From positions 2,304,001 to 2,368,000 of the forward strand of contig OZ244561.1 in the NCBI GenBank assembly GCA_965217585.1: a stretch of 64,000 bases of DNA. Reading direction: 5' to 3'. The DNA is from Candidatus Latescibacterota bacterium (GTDB lineage Bacteria; Latescibacterota; UBA2968; UBA8231). A program made the position numbers and the translations under genes. The notes beneath the pieces are model-generated. The model was not told where the DNA came from, did no database searches, and saw only the letters and a program-made list of their open reading frames with translations. This document shows positions 47,272-57,614 of this stretch, one piece after another (positions within the stretch are counted from its first letter, which is position 1; every line of letters begins with the position of its first letter).

Positions 47272-50200
47272 ATGAACCTCACCCAAATTGCCTTGGAAAA
47301 TAACCGCGTCACCATCGTGGTCTTGCTCGTCGTTGGGCTGCTGGGCCTGGCTGGCTATCAGACGATGCCGCGCGACAGTATGCCCCCGTACACGGTCCGC
47401 GTCGCCTCGGTGGTGGCCAGCTTTCCCGGCGCTGGTCCCGAGCGGGTCGAGGCCCTGATCACCAGCAAGATCGAAGAAGTCGCGCAAGAGTTGCCCGAGC
47501 TGAAAGCCGTCGCTAGTGAGTCGCGGACCGGACTGTCGGTAGTGTCGGTAGAACTCAAACAGGAAGTACCGCCGGACGAACTCCAAGCCGTATGGGACCG
47601 ATTGCGTCGCAAGATTGAGACCATCCGCTCGGATCTGCCCGAAGGCATCTATGGCCCCGAGGTCAAGGACGATGGGATCGGGGTGGTGTACGGCATTGTG
47701 ATCGGCCTGACAGGAGATGGTTTCACCTTTGCCGAACTCGAGACCTACGCCAAAGACCTGCGCGACGACCTGATCAAGCTACCCGACGCTGCCGAGGTCC
47801 AAATAAGCGGCATCCAAAAGGAGCGGATATACCTGCAATTCAACGACGCCCGGCTGGCCGAGTTGGGCCTTTCGGCTCAAAAGATCAAGAACAGCATCGC
47901 CAGTACCAATATCGTTTTTTCCGGTGGCGAGGTTAGCCTAGAGGATGAACGCCTAGTGCTCGAACCGACCGGCAGTTACGCCGGGCTGGAAGATCTGGGG
48001 AGGACGTTGATCGCGGTGGGCAAGGGCGGGAGCGTGTACCTCGGCGACATAACCCGCATCGTGCGAGACTATGAGACGCCCCAACAGCGCTTGGTCAAAA
48101 TCAACGGTCAGCCGGGACTGTCGCTCTCGGTAACGCTCAGCGAAGGGGCCAATATCATCAAGCTGGGCAAGGAGATCGACCAACTGGTAGCCCTCCACCA
48201 AGCGCGGCTGCCGCTGGGGATAACCTTCAACAGAGTGGCATCCCAAGACTTTGAGGTAGAGAAATCGGTCGCCAACTTCACCAACAATCTCTTGCAAAGC
48301 GTCACTATCGTGCTGTTGTCCATGCTGATCTTTTTGGGACTGCGCACCGGTCTGGTCGTGGCCAGCCTCATTCCCATGACCATTGTCGCGACCCTTTTCA
48401 TCATGGGGGTGCTCGATATCGGTCTCAACCAAGTGTCGCTGGCGGCGCTGATCATGGCGCTGGGCATGTTGGTGGATAATGCCATCGTGGTGTCCGAAGC
48501 CATTATGGTCAAGATGGAAAAGGGCACCGACGCCAAAGAGGCCGCCATTGAATCGGCGCGGGAACTGGCCGTGCCGCTCTTGGTCTCTTCGCTGACCACT
48601 TCAGCCGCGTTCTTGTCCTTCTTTCTCGCCGCGTCCATCATGGGCGAGATGATGGGGCCGCTCTTCAGTGTGATTACCATAGCCCTGCTCTCTTCCTGGT
48701 TGCTCTCCCTGACCATGGTCACTTTGTTGGCGGTGTTTTTCATTCGGGTGAAACAGCAGGCCTCTCAGTCCGAGAAAAGCACTTTTATCGGTCGCCTCAA
48801 CGGCCAGTATAAAGAGCTGCTCCTCAAGGCCCTTGAGCGCCCCTATTCATTTATGGGGATCATCGCCGGTTTGTTTGTATTGTCGCTTTTCGGCTTTGGT
48901 TTCTTGCCGTTCATCTTCTTTCCCGACAGCGAGCGCAATCTGTTGACAGTAAATCTGAATTTGCCCTTGGGCACCAAGATCGAGACGACGGCTGCCCGGG
49001 TGGAACGGCTCGAGTCGTATATTGCGGATAGCCTCTTGGTGAGCACACACCGCCAGCGCGGGGTAACGGACTGGGCGACCTTTGTCGGCGAGGGGCCGCC
49101 TTCCTACGACCTAGGTTATCAGCCGGGTGAAGCCAATTCGGGTTACGCCCATATACTGCTCAACACTAGTTCGGGCGACGATAACCAATGGGTAATCGAC
49201 CGCCTAGATGCCTTTTGCTTCCGCTCCTTTCCAGACGCCGAAATACGGGTTTCGCGGTTGGCGGGGGGCGGAGGTGGCAGTGACGTGGCCGTGCGGATAA
49301 CAGGGCCGGATCCCAACGAACTGTTCGGTCTCGCCGACCGCATCAAGCAAAAACTCAACGAAATATCCAGTACGCAGAATATCGGCGACGATTGGGGGCC
49401 TAAAATCAAAAAAGTCGTCGTTGACATCGACCAGTCCAAGACCCGGAATGCCGGCCTGACCAATCAGGATATCGCCCTTTCGTTACAGACCGCGCTCACA
49501 GGGTTCAATACGGGTGCTTTCCGCGAGGGCGACCAGAGCATCCCCATCGTCCTGCGCAACGAAAGCAGTCAGGACGTCGATGTGCGACAGCTAGAAAGCA
49601 TCAACATCTACGCCCAAGGTTCGGGCAAAAACGTGCCCCTGGGACAAGTGGCACAGATTGTGCCCCAATGGCAACTCCCCAAGATTAAACGGCGCGATCT
49701 GTACCGCACCTTGACGATAACCTGCGACGCCAAAAGCGGTTTTACGGCGCAGGATATCACCGACGCGCTCATCCCTTGGCTCAAAGAAGACAGCGAATCT
49801 TGGAAACCGGGGTACCGCTACGAGCTAGGCGGCGAGTCGGAGCAGAGCGGCGAGGCCATGAGCGCGGTCGTCGCCAAACTGCCTCTGTCCGGCTTTATCA
49901 TTCTGGCGCTGTTGATTGTTCAGTTCAACTCCTTCCGCAAGACCTTTATCGTGCTGAGCACCATTCCTCTCGGTCTGATTGGGGTTATCGTCGGATTGCT
50001 TATCTTCCGGTCATTCTTTGGCTTTTTCGCCTTTCTCGGATTGATCTCGCTGGCCGGTATCGTCATCAACAACGCGATCGTGCTCATAGACCGCATACAA
50101 ATCGAACTGGATCGGGCCGGGCGGGCGTCTATTGAGGCGATTGTCGCCGCGGCTCAGCAGCGTTTTCGCCCCATCTTGCTGACCACCTGCACGACGACGC

Positions 50201-50346
50201 TGGGGCTTATTCCCCTCTATTTGGGCGGCGGGCTGATGTGGGAGCCGATGGCGGTGGCCATCATGGTGGGCTTGCTTTTTGCCACCGTTATCACCTTGCT
50301 GTTCGTGCCGGTGCTCTACAAAATTCTCTTCGCAGTCAAAAACTGA
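47272..50346 (+). CDS. RND efflux permease (AcrB family)
   Basis: 1024 aa; GMLVDNAIVV, GIVINNAIV, RFRPILLT. Confidence 0.95.
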   Translation: MNLTQIALENNRVTIVVLLVVGLLGLAGYQTMPRDSMPPYTVRVASVVASFPGAGPERVEALITSKIEEVAQELPELKAVASESRTGLSVVSVELKQEVPPDELQAVWDRLRRKIETIRSDLPEGIYGPEVKDDGIGVVYGIVIGLTGDGFTFAELETYAKDLRDDLIKLPDAAEVQISGIQKERIYLQFNDARLAELGLSAQKIKNSIASTNIVFSGGEVSLEDERLVLEPTGSYAGLEDLGRTLIAVGKGGSVYLGDITRIVRDYETPQQRLVKINGQPGLSLSVTLSEGANIIKLGKEIDQLVALHQARLPLGITFNRVASQDFEVEKSVANFTNNLLQSVTIVLLSMLIFLGLRTGLVVASLIPMTIVATLFIMGVLDIGLNQVSLAALIMALGMLVDNAIVVSEAIMVKMEKGTDAKEAAIESARELAVPLLVSSLTTSAAFLSFFLAASIMGEMMGPLFSVITIALLSSWLLSLTMVTLLAVFFIRVKQQASQSEKSTFIGRLNGQYKELLLKALERPYSFMGIIAGLFVLSLFGFGFLPFIFFPDSERNLLTVNLNLPLGTKIETTAARVERLESYIADSLLVSTHRQRGVTDWATFVGEGPPSYDLGYQPGEANSGYAHILLNTSSGDDNQWVIDRLDAFCFRSFPDAEIRVSRLAGGGGGSDVAVRITGPDPNELFGLADRIKQKLNEISSTQNIGDDWGPKIKKVVVDIDQSKTRNAGLTNQDIALSLQTALTGFNTGAFREGDQSIPIVLRNESSQDVDVRQLESINIYAQGSGKNVPLGQVAQIVPQWQLPKIKRRDLYRTLTITCDAKSGFTAQDITDALIPWLKEDSESWKPGYRYELGGESEQSGEAMSAVVAKLPLSGFIILALLIVQFNSFRKTFIVLSTIPLGLIGVIVGLLIFRSFFGFFAFLGLISLAGIVINNAIVLIDRIQIELDRAGRASIEAIVAAAQQRFRPILLTTCTTTLGLIPLYLGGGLMWEPMAVAIMVGLLFATVITLLFVPVLYKILFAVKN

Positions 50347-50382
50347 CCTGCGGTTTTTAACGACCAAACCATAGGAGGCGTC

Positions 50383-51633
50383 ATGAAAGTCACCGATATA
50401 GAAGTACACGAAATCAGCTTAGAGTACCAAGACTGGATCGCCTATCCGGTCAGCCACTATCAAGGCGTGACCCGGCGCACGGTGTACGTAGCCCACACCG
50501 ATACTGGTCTGATCGGCCTAGGCGAGGGCCGCACCGAGCCGCAGGAAGTCATCGACCAGTATGTGGGCAGCAATCCCTTCGAGTGGATGGGCGACGAAGT
50601 CTCCATCGGGCTAGGCACGGCCATGTACGATTTAATGGGCCAAGCCGCGGGCGTGCCGGTGTACAAGCTCTTCGGCCAGAAGTACCGCTCGTGGGTGCCG
50701 GTGGGCAGTTGGACCGTGTCGAGCGCCCCCCACCACATGGCCGAGGCCGTGGAGCGCTACGCCGCCCAAGGCTACACTTGGCTCAAGTTCCACCTGTCGC
50801 CCTTTGAGAATGTCTTCGACCAGACCGAGGCCATGCAGGCCGTGGCCCCGCCCGGGTTCAAGATCCACTACGATTTCACTGGCGGCGGCACCAATGACTA
50901 CGTGCCGGATCTGCTGGCGAGGTTGGCCCAATATCCCATTGCCGGCTGCTTTGAAGACTCGCTCAATGCCGGCGACACCTTGGCGTCGATTGACTTGCGC
51001 CGGCGCATTCCCCTGCCCATCGTGCGCCATCAAGCGCCGCTGGATGCCACGTACGAGGTGCTGATGGGGGCGGGAGACGTGTACATGCGCGGCCATCAGA
51101 AATTTGGCGAGGCGATCCGCGCCGCCGGTCTGTTCGCCGCTGGCAATATACCGTTCATGCTGCAAAACGTGGGCGGCACGATCACCCGGGCCATGGTCTG
51201 CCATATGATGGCGGCCTTTCCCTCTGCCACCTTTCACTTTATCGACAGCAGCGAAATTCTCAAGGATGAGGTGGTGAACGAGCGCTTGGATCCAGTCAAT
51301 GGACTTATTCGAGTGCCGGAAAAGCCGGGCCTAGGCCTGACTCTGGACCGCGACGAGTTGGAACGGCTAAAGAACCGGGAATTGCCGCCCATCAAGCCGT
51401 GGATCGTCAAATCGCAATTCGCCAATGGGACGCGGATGTACAATAGATACGATCCCCTGACGACGCGCCATTTCCTGATCCGGCCCGACTGGACCCGGGG
51501 CGGGATGCCCCACAGCTACGCCGCGCCCATTGAGACGGAGTACTGGGATGACGATGGCACGGCCGAATTTGCTCAGATGATGGCGCGGTTGGTGGACGAG
51601 GGGACGGTATTGGAGCCCCCAAGTTCCGTATGA
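50383..51633 (+). CDS. Mandelate racemase/enolase superfamily protein
   Basis: AMYDLMG..AGVPVYKL.G, KFH, DF, FED, VPEKPGLG; RBS aggagg. Confidence 0.8.
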   Translation: MKVTDIEVHEISLEYQDWIAYPVSHYQGVTRRTVYVAHTDTGLIGLGEGRTEPQEVIDQYVGSNPFEWMGDEVSIGLGTAMYDLMGQAAGVPVYKLFGQKYRSWVPVGSWTVSSAPHHMAEAVERYAAQGYTWLKFHLSPFENVFDQTEAMQAVAPPGFKIHYDFTGGGTNDYVPDLLARLAQYPIAGCFEDSLNAGDTLASIDLRRRIPLPIVRHQAPLDATYEVLMGAGDVYMRGHQKFGEAIRAAGLFAAGNIPFMLQNVGGTITRAMVCHMMAAFPSATFHFIDSSEILKDEVVNERLDPVNGLIRVPEKPGLGLTLDRDELERLKNRELPPIKPWIVKSQFANGTRMYNRYDPLTTRHFLIRPDWTRGGMPHSYAAPIETEYWDDDGTAEFAQMMARLVDEGTVLEPPSSV

Positions 51634-51697
51634 CGGTAGGAATCGGGCAGACAGACCACTAACTACGAACTTATTGGCGGGTTAGCGCCCCCACTCA

Positions 51698-53269
51698 TTA
51701 CACCTTGCGCTCAGAAGGTCCCAAGTCTGGATCGACATAAGCGCGGTGGAAATTCCTACCCTTGAGGTACTTAGTTTCCAACTCAACATCGGTCAGGGTG
51801 CAGAAGGGATCGGCCAAATCCGCGTCGCGCTCCAACAGCGTCACTTCAATGCGGTTTTTGCCTCGCACCGGCCAGTGCGCCGCGTCCAATTTGAAAATGT
51901 GCCAGTACCCACCCATCACCCGGTAGCGCGGGCCATCCATGTTGTAGAGCGAATTGATCTTGCGCCGCAGGTCGTCGGGCAAAATTTGGCCGTTGAGCGC
52001 AAACTGAATGCGATCAGTCTCGACATTGCCGTGAATGCGGAAGCGCAGCAAAACTTCGTGGACGCGGCCGAACTCCCCCCATTTTTGCAGGTCATCGGCA
52101 ATGGTCACTTCCAATTCGACGGGTTGGTCCAAATTCAATTGACGTGGTAGCGGATTAGGACGGCTGACCGGCAGCCCCCCCTCGGTGGCGGTAGGCAGGA
52201 AATAGTATTTGTCCTTGGCCGCCATAATGCTGGGGTAGGGCAGTTCCCTGAGCTTTTCGTAAAAGGACGCCTCGTACGGCCACAAGTGGAACCACTCGGA
52301 GACGTACAGGCCGTCAACGCCCTGATCCCAAAAATTGCAGACCGCGGCCCGCAGCATGGACAGGGGCGCGTCGAGCAGGCGGTCGGAAAAGACCATGCTG
52401 TTCAAGGGGGCCAATAGACGGCAGGGCGTCCCTTGGGTGAGGCCGATGAATTCGGCGTAGTCGGCCTGCATTTTCAGGCGGTAATTCTCGCCGAAGTTTT
52501 CCGCGACGACACCATCGACCAAACCCCGTTTGACCCATTCCTCTGGGTCGAGTCCGGTGCGGGCGCAATCTTCCAGGCGGTCGGGGATATGCACCACCAG
52601 CTCTTTGTCGGGGCCGCTTTGTTTGACCGCTTCGTGGACCCGGCCGATCCAGTCGGTCATCAGGGCGCGCCCAGCGTCGATTTCGTCGGGGTGGAAGAAA
52701 TAGGGCATTTGGTTGAGCTGTAGTTCAAAGCCGTCGGTCGGATACTCGCCCATCACTTCTTCGACAATGGCAAAGCGTTCGTCGCGGACCTCCGGGTGCT
52801 TGAAGTCGAGGCCGTCCAAGCCGGGGTAGTCCGGATCGAGATCGCCGGCCGCGCCAATTTCGAGGTGCTGGTTGTCAATGCGAAAATTGGAACAGCGCAC
52901 CGAGGCGTGGTCAACGCCGCCGCGCTGTACGATTAGGGTGGGATAAACCTGGATCCCCAACTCGTGGGCCCGGTCGCAGACCAAGCGCAGCGGATCGTGG
53001 CCAGCGTCGATGAGGGATTGGGCGTTTTGCCAAGCGCGGCGAAAGACGTGGTGATCCCAGACCTCGACATTGTGCCCCATTAACTCGCTGGCCCGGGTGT
53101 CGTGCAGCATGGTGCGGCCCTCGCCCAAACAAAAGGCGATGGCTTCGACCGTGGTGCCGGCCAATTCATCGACCAAGGCGATGTATTCCTCGGGGGCCAT
53201 GGGCGGCTCGTAGCGGTAGATGTGGGGATGCCGGCCGTCGTGGTAGTACATGATTTTGGGTTGATTCAT
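51698..53269 (-). CDS. GHL10/DUF187-like glycoside hydrolase-like protein
   Basis: YYHDG, DPL...DRAHELG, LDF.HPEVR, DGFEL, GVDGLY; paralogous to 42160-43728. Confidence 0.7.
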   Translation of the reverse strand: MNQPKIMYYHDGRHPHIYRYEPPMAPEEYIALVDELAGTTVEAIAFCLGEGRTMLHDTRASELMGHNVEVWDHHVFRRAWQNAQSLIDAGHDPLRLVCDRAHELGIQVYPTLIVQRGGVDHASVRCSNFRIDNQHLEIGAAGDLDPDYPGLDGLDFKHPEVRDERFAIVEEVMGEYPTDGFELQLNQMPYFFHPDEIDAGRALMTDWIGRVHEAVKQSGPDKELVVHIPDRLEDCARTGLDPEEWVKRGLVDGVVAENFGENYRLKMQADYAEFIGLTQGTPCRLLAPLNSMVFSDRLLDAPLSMLRAAVCNFWDQGVDGLYVSEWFHLWPYEASFYEKLRELPYPSIMAAKDKYYFLPTATEGGLPVSRPNPLPRQLNLDQPVELEVTIADDLQKWGEFGRVHEVLLRFRIHGNVETDRIQFALNGQILPDDLRRKINSLYNMDGPRYRVMGGYWHIFKLDAAHWPVRGKNRIEVTLLERDADLADPFCTLTDVELETKYLKGRNFHRAYVDPDLGPSERKV

Positions 53270-53326
53270 GGCGCGATCCTTTTCGTTAGCGATGCCCGGC
53301 CTTGCGCAAAAAAGCGGGCCGATCCC

Positions 53327-54220
53327 TCAATGGACATCCACGCCCACCTTTTGCGCCAACTCGTGAATGTAATTGCGCGCCCGAGTGTTTTCCCAGTCTG
53401 TGTCGGGGTAATTGACGTACACCGGCGAGGCGACCGTCCCCGAAACGCCGACATCTCGGTAGTGCTCTATGGTGAGCAGCACGTCCTCGTCCAGTTCGCC
53501 CAAGCGTTTCAGATAGGTCTCGTAGTCGAGCTGGCCCATCCCTATGGGGACCTCGTCGAGTTTGGTCACCCAATGGGAAGTATCCAAGGACACATCCTTG
53601 GCGTGGGCCGCGATAATGTCCGAGCCTAACAAATCGAAGGTGGAGTCGAGGAAGGCCGTGGTATTGTAATAGGTCCGGTGGGTGGTCATATTGACCGGGT
53701 CGAGGATCACTTTGAGCCTCGGCGAGGCCACGTCGTCGAGCAAGCGGCGCAGTTGCGCGGGCGCATCGAGCGGGCCGCGATTACCGGGGTGGACACCCAA
53801 ATCGACGCCTAGGTTTTCGGCGTCGGCCGCCACTTCGGCCATGCCCTGTACCAGCCGGTGCCAGACCTCGTCGGACCACAGGTCGCCTTCTTCGGGACCG
53901 TTGGCAATGACGCTGACGCCGACGCAGTGGGCCTTGAGGGCACGGGCGGCGCGAAAACCTTGGGACAAGGATTCGCTGGCTTCTCGGCGGATATCGGGAT
54001 CGAGGTTAGCTAGAGGCCAGCCACAGTGGTACAGAGTGACTTCGCCGACAAAGCAGCCCTGTGCTTCGACCGCGGCTCGGCACCGCTGCCATTGTTCCGG
54101 GTGCCAGTTGTGCGCGGCGATATGGCCGAGTCCTTTGACGCCTATACGGGCGAGGCGCTGCAAAGTCTCGTCGATGTTGTCGGGGTTGACGCCGCTCCAG
54201 AATCCCACGCCCAAGCGCAT
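53327..54220 (-). CDS. Sugar phosphate isomerase/epimerase (xylose isomerase-like TIM barrel)
   Basis: LDPVN, AHAKD, G.G.LDY, TIEH. Confidence 0.85.
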   Translation of the reverse strand: MRLGVGFWSGVNPDNIDETLQRLARIGVKGLGHIAAHNWHPEQWQRCRAAVEAQGCFVGEVTLYHCGWPLANLDPDIRREASESLSQGFRAARALKAHCVGVSVIANGPEEGDLWSDEVWHRLVQGMAEVAADAENLGVDLGVHPGNRGPLDAPAQLRRLLDDVASPRLKVILDPVNMTTHRTYYNTTAFLDSTFDLLGSDIIAAHAKDVSLDTSHWVTKLDEVPIGMGQLDYETYLKRLGELDEDVLLTIEHYRDVGVSGTVASPVYVNYPDTDWENTRARNYIHELAQKVGVDVH

Positions 54221-54497
54221 AGTTTGTACCCTCTGTTGGAATTGGACCTAATATTGCGCGATTGGTCACCAGAGACAAGCCAGGTAGGGGGAGCGGCTTA
54301 CTCGCTTTCGGTGCGACTGCAACCAGAGGATCGCGGCGTTTGACTTTCTGCGCGAAAATATCTTGAATACCGAGTTGCCCTCAGCGCACTAAGTGCTCTG
54401 CGGACAAACTGCATTTTTCGCTGGGTAGCCCACGCGGTCACCCAACATCCAAGGGCTATCGAACCCAAAAAGCCAGCTAAAAGGAGGACTGAGTTCC

Positions 54498-55337
54498 ATG
54501 AGCGAGTCAAAGAGCGATGCAACATATACGATGGGACGCACCCAGGAGGAAGAGGATCGTCTGATTCAGCAGTCGCAACTGTACGACGCCGTAACGCGGC
54601 GCTTTTTTAGAGAAGCGGGCATCAGCAGCGGGATGAAGGTGCTCGACATTGGCAGTGGCCCTGGGGACGTGGCCCTGACAGCCGCCGAGTTGGTCGGGCC
54701 AGAAGGAGCCGTCGTGGGCGTGGATGTAAATCCGGCGATTCTCGAAACGGCGCAGGCACGGGCGCAGGCAGCCGGATTTACCAACGTCGAACTCGTCGCG
54801 GGGGACGCCCGGACCCTAGACATAGGAAACGATTTCGACGCCATAACCGGCCGGCTAGTCCTCATGTACATGGCCGACCCCGCCGACGCCCTGAAACAAC
54901 TAGCGACCCGCTTGCGTCCGGGAGGAATCGCAGCCTTTCAGGAAGCTGATTTTACCCCGTATCAGCAAATGCCTCACTCTCCAGATACGCCCCTAGCAAA
55001 CGAGCTGATCGGTTGGATCCTCGAAGTATTCGAGCGTTCTGGGGCGCATATCGACATGGGCTTCAACCTGTATCGCGCTTTTGTCGAGGCGGGCCTGCCC
55101 GAGCCATACATGCATTGCGAGTATCCGGTCGGCGGTCCAGATGGTTGGGCTGGATATCAATACGCTGCCAACAGCTTGCGCAGCGTACTCCCACTCCTCG
55201 AACAGTACGGGATCACCACAGCGGAAGAACTTGACGTGGACACCCTAGCCGAGCGGGTTCGGCAAGAAGTGGTGACGTCGAAACGCCCGATTCGCTTAGC
55301 GCCCCATGTAACCGCTTGGGCACAGCTTGCGAGCTAA
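54498..55337 (+). CDS. Class I SAM-dependent methyltransferase
   Basis: VLDIGSGPG, VGVD, FDA..GR.VL, LRPGG; RBS aggagg. Confidence 0.92.
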   Translation: MSESKSDATYTMGRTQEEEDRLIQQSQLYDAVTRRFFREAGISSGMKVLDIGSGPGDVALTAAELVGPEGAVVGVDVNPAILETAQARAQAAGFTNVELVAGDARTLDIGNDFDAITGRLVLMYMADPADALKQLATRLRPGGIAAFQEADFTPYQQMPHSPDTPLANELIGWILEVFERSGAHIDMGFNLYRAFVEAGLPEPYMHCEYPVGGPDGWAGYQYAANSLRSVLPLLEQYGITTAEELDVDTLAERVRQEVVTSKRPIRLAPHVTAWAQLAS

Positions 55338-55340
55338 ATA

Positions 55341-56417
55341 ATGAGCAAGTGGAAAATCGCCGGGATCAACTTCGACCATCTGCACATGGGCGACAATTTG
55401 CGCATGGCCTTTGAGCACTCAGATGTCGAGATCGTCGGCATCTGCGACGAGCAGCCCGAGCGCATGAAACAGGCGTGCGAGGATTTCGCCATTCCAGCCG
55501 ACCGGGTTTTCAGCGACTACCGGGCGTGTCTGGAAAAGACCCGGCCGGACATCGTCCTTTTGTGCCCGGCCACCGCCGAACACGGGGAGTGGACCGAAAA
55601 GGTCGCGCCTTTCGGCGTGCATATTATCATGGAAAAGCCCTTCGCCGCCACCCTCGCCGAGGCAGATCGGATGCAGCAAGCCATGGAGGGGACGGGCAAA
55701 CTGTTGGCGATCAACTGGCCGCTGGCTTGGTATCCACCGCACCGCACGGCACAACGGCTCATCGCCGCAGGCGAGATCGGCGAGGTGATCGAAGTCCACT
55801 ACTACGACGGCAACCGAGGACCGCTGTGGCACCTCGCCGACAAAGTGGAGCGCACCGCCGACGTCGTCGAGCGCGAAAAGCCCACGAGTTGGTTTTACAA
55901 AAAGGCCGCGGGCGGTGGCTCCCTGCTGGACTACCTAGGCTACGGCACCACACTGGGCACCTGGTACATGGACGGCCAAGCACCAATTGAGGTAACTGCC
56001 ACCGTAGATCAGCCCCAAGGGCTCGAAGTAGATGAGCACTGCATTGCAGTGGCGCGCTACGAGCGGGGCCTGTCGAAATTCGAGACGCGCTGGGGCACTT
56101 TTACCGACCCCTGGACCCTGCAACCCCAACCCAAGTGCGGCTTCGCGATCGTCGGCAGCGAGGGCACGATCACTTCCTACGACTACGAGGAGGTAATCCG
56201 CGTGCAGACGCGGGCGCGGCCAGCAACCGAGGAACGGCCGGTGGACGCGCTCGAACCGCCCTTCCAGAATCCCGTCCAGTACGTGATTCACTGCATCGAA
56301 GAGAACCAACCCATTGAGGGACCGCTCTCGCCGGCACTGTGCCGCATCGGCCAACAGATCGTCGATACTGCCTACCAGAGCGCCGCGCAGAAGCGCACGT
56401 TACCTCTAATTCAATAG
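55341..56417 (+). CDS. Gfo/Idh/MocA oxidoreductase
   Basis: EKPFA, NWP, GGGSLLDY..YG. Confidence 0.88.
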   Translation: MSKWKIAGINFDHLHMGDNLRMAFEHSDVEIVGICDEQPERMKQACEDFAIPADRVFSDYRACLEKTRPDIVLLCPATAEHGEWTEKVAPFGVHIIMEKPFAATLAEADRMQQAMEGTGKLLAINWPLAWYPPHRTAQRLIAAGEIGEVIEVHYYDGNRGPLWHLADKVERTADVVEREKPTSWFYKKAAGGGSLLDYLGYGTTLGTWYMDGQAPIEVTATVDQPQGLEVDEHCIAVARYERGLSKFETRWGTFTDPWTLQPQPKCGFAIVGSEGTITSYDYEEVIRVQTRARPATEERPVDALEPPFQNPVQYVIHCIEENQPIEGPLSPALCRIGQQIVDTAYQSAAQKRTLPLIQ

Positions 56418-56419
56418 CT

Positions 56420-57538
56420 ATGGCAGAAAGCCAAGACAGCGGCTATGGCCGAGGCAAGACTGGATCAGAAGCAGAAGTAGCAGCCCCGGACTTGCCCTAC
56501 CAGCCGCGTGATCCGGTGACCTATCGTCCGCAGATTGGCCTAATCGGCTGCGGCGGCATCTCCGAGATGCACTTGCGGGCCTATAAAAACGCCGGCTATG
56601 AGGTCGCGGCCCTGTGCAGCCGCGATCGGGGACGCGTCGAGCAGCGGCAGCGGGAATTCTACCCGGCGGCCGACACCTACCTCGACTATCGAGAGTTGCT
56701 CGCCCGCGACGATATCGAAGTGGTGGACCTTACACCCCATCCGCAAGAGCGGCTGCCGATCCTCGAAGCGGCTATTGACGCTGGTAAACACGTCCTCAGC
56801 CAGAAGCCTTTTGTGCTCAACTTGGATGTGGGCGAGGCGCTCATTGCACGGGCCGAGCGGCGCGGCGTGCAACTGGCCGTCAACCAGAATGGCCGCTGGG
56901 CACCGCATTTTAGCTACATGCGCCACGCGGTGGCCGCTGGCTTGGTCGGCCAAGTGCAGAGCGTCGAGTTCGCCGTGCATTGGGACCACAACTGGATCGC
57001 CGGCTCTGCCTTTGACGCGGTGGAAGATCTGGTGCTCTACGACTTTGGGATGCACTGGTTCGATATGGCGGCGGTGCTCTTAGGCAGCGAGACGCCGCAA
57101 AGGGTCCACGCTTCGGCCCGGCACGCAGCCGGTCAGGGAGCCAAACCGCCGCTTTTGGCCCAAGCGGCGATTGAGTGCGCGGGAGCGCAGGCAACGATCT
57201 TTCTCAACGGCAACACTCGCCAGGGACAACAGGACCGCACTTATTTGGTCGGCACGGAGGGCACGATAGAGGCCAGCGGCGTAGATCTGACAGCGCAGGA
57301 AGTCGCGCTATACACCGCAGCGGGCGTGGCCCGACCGCAGCTTGTGGGGACGTGGTTTGAGCAGGGGTTTCACGGGACCATGGGCGAACTGCTCTGCGCC
57401 GTCGAGGAAGGCCGCGAACCCAACAACAGCGCCCGCGCGAATCTCGCGAGCTTGGCGCTGTGCTTTGCAGCCGTGGCCAGCGCCCACCGTGGTGAGCCGG
57501 TGGTGCCGGGAGCGGTGCGGCGACTGCCCGGCCATTGA
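56420..57538 (+). CDS. Gfo/Idh/MocA oxidoreductase
   Basis: GLIGCGGI, QKP, NQNGRW, DFGMHWFD. Confidence 0.88.
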   Translation: MAESQDSGYGRGKTGSEAEVAAPDLPYQPRDPVTYRPQIGLIGCGGISEMHLRAYKNAGYEVAALCSRDRGRVEQRQREFYPAADTYLDYRELLARDDIEVVDLTPHPQERLPILEAAIDAGKHVLSQKPFVLNLDVGEALIARAERRGVQLAVNQNGRWAPHFSYMRHAVAAGLVGQVQSVEFAVHWDHNWIAGSAFDAVEDLVLYDFGMHWFDMAAVLLGSETPQRVHASARHAAGQGAKPPLLAQAAIECAGAQATIFLNGNTRQGQQDRTYLVGTEGTIEASGVDLTAQEVALYTAAGVARPQLVGTWFEQGFHGTMGELLCAVEEGREPNNSARANLASLALCFAAVASAHRGEPVVPGAVRRLPGH

Positions 57539-57614
57539 GCCGCCTACACTTTTGCCGCCTTGCAGTCCGCCCTCAGTACTGGGGGCGCGACGGCAATTCT
57601 CTTGGAGGTTTTCT

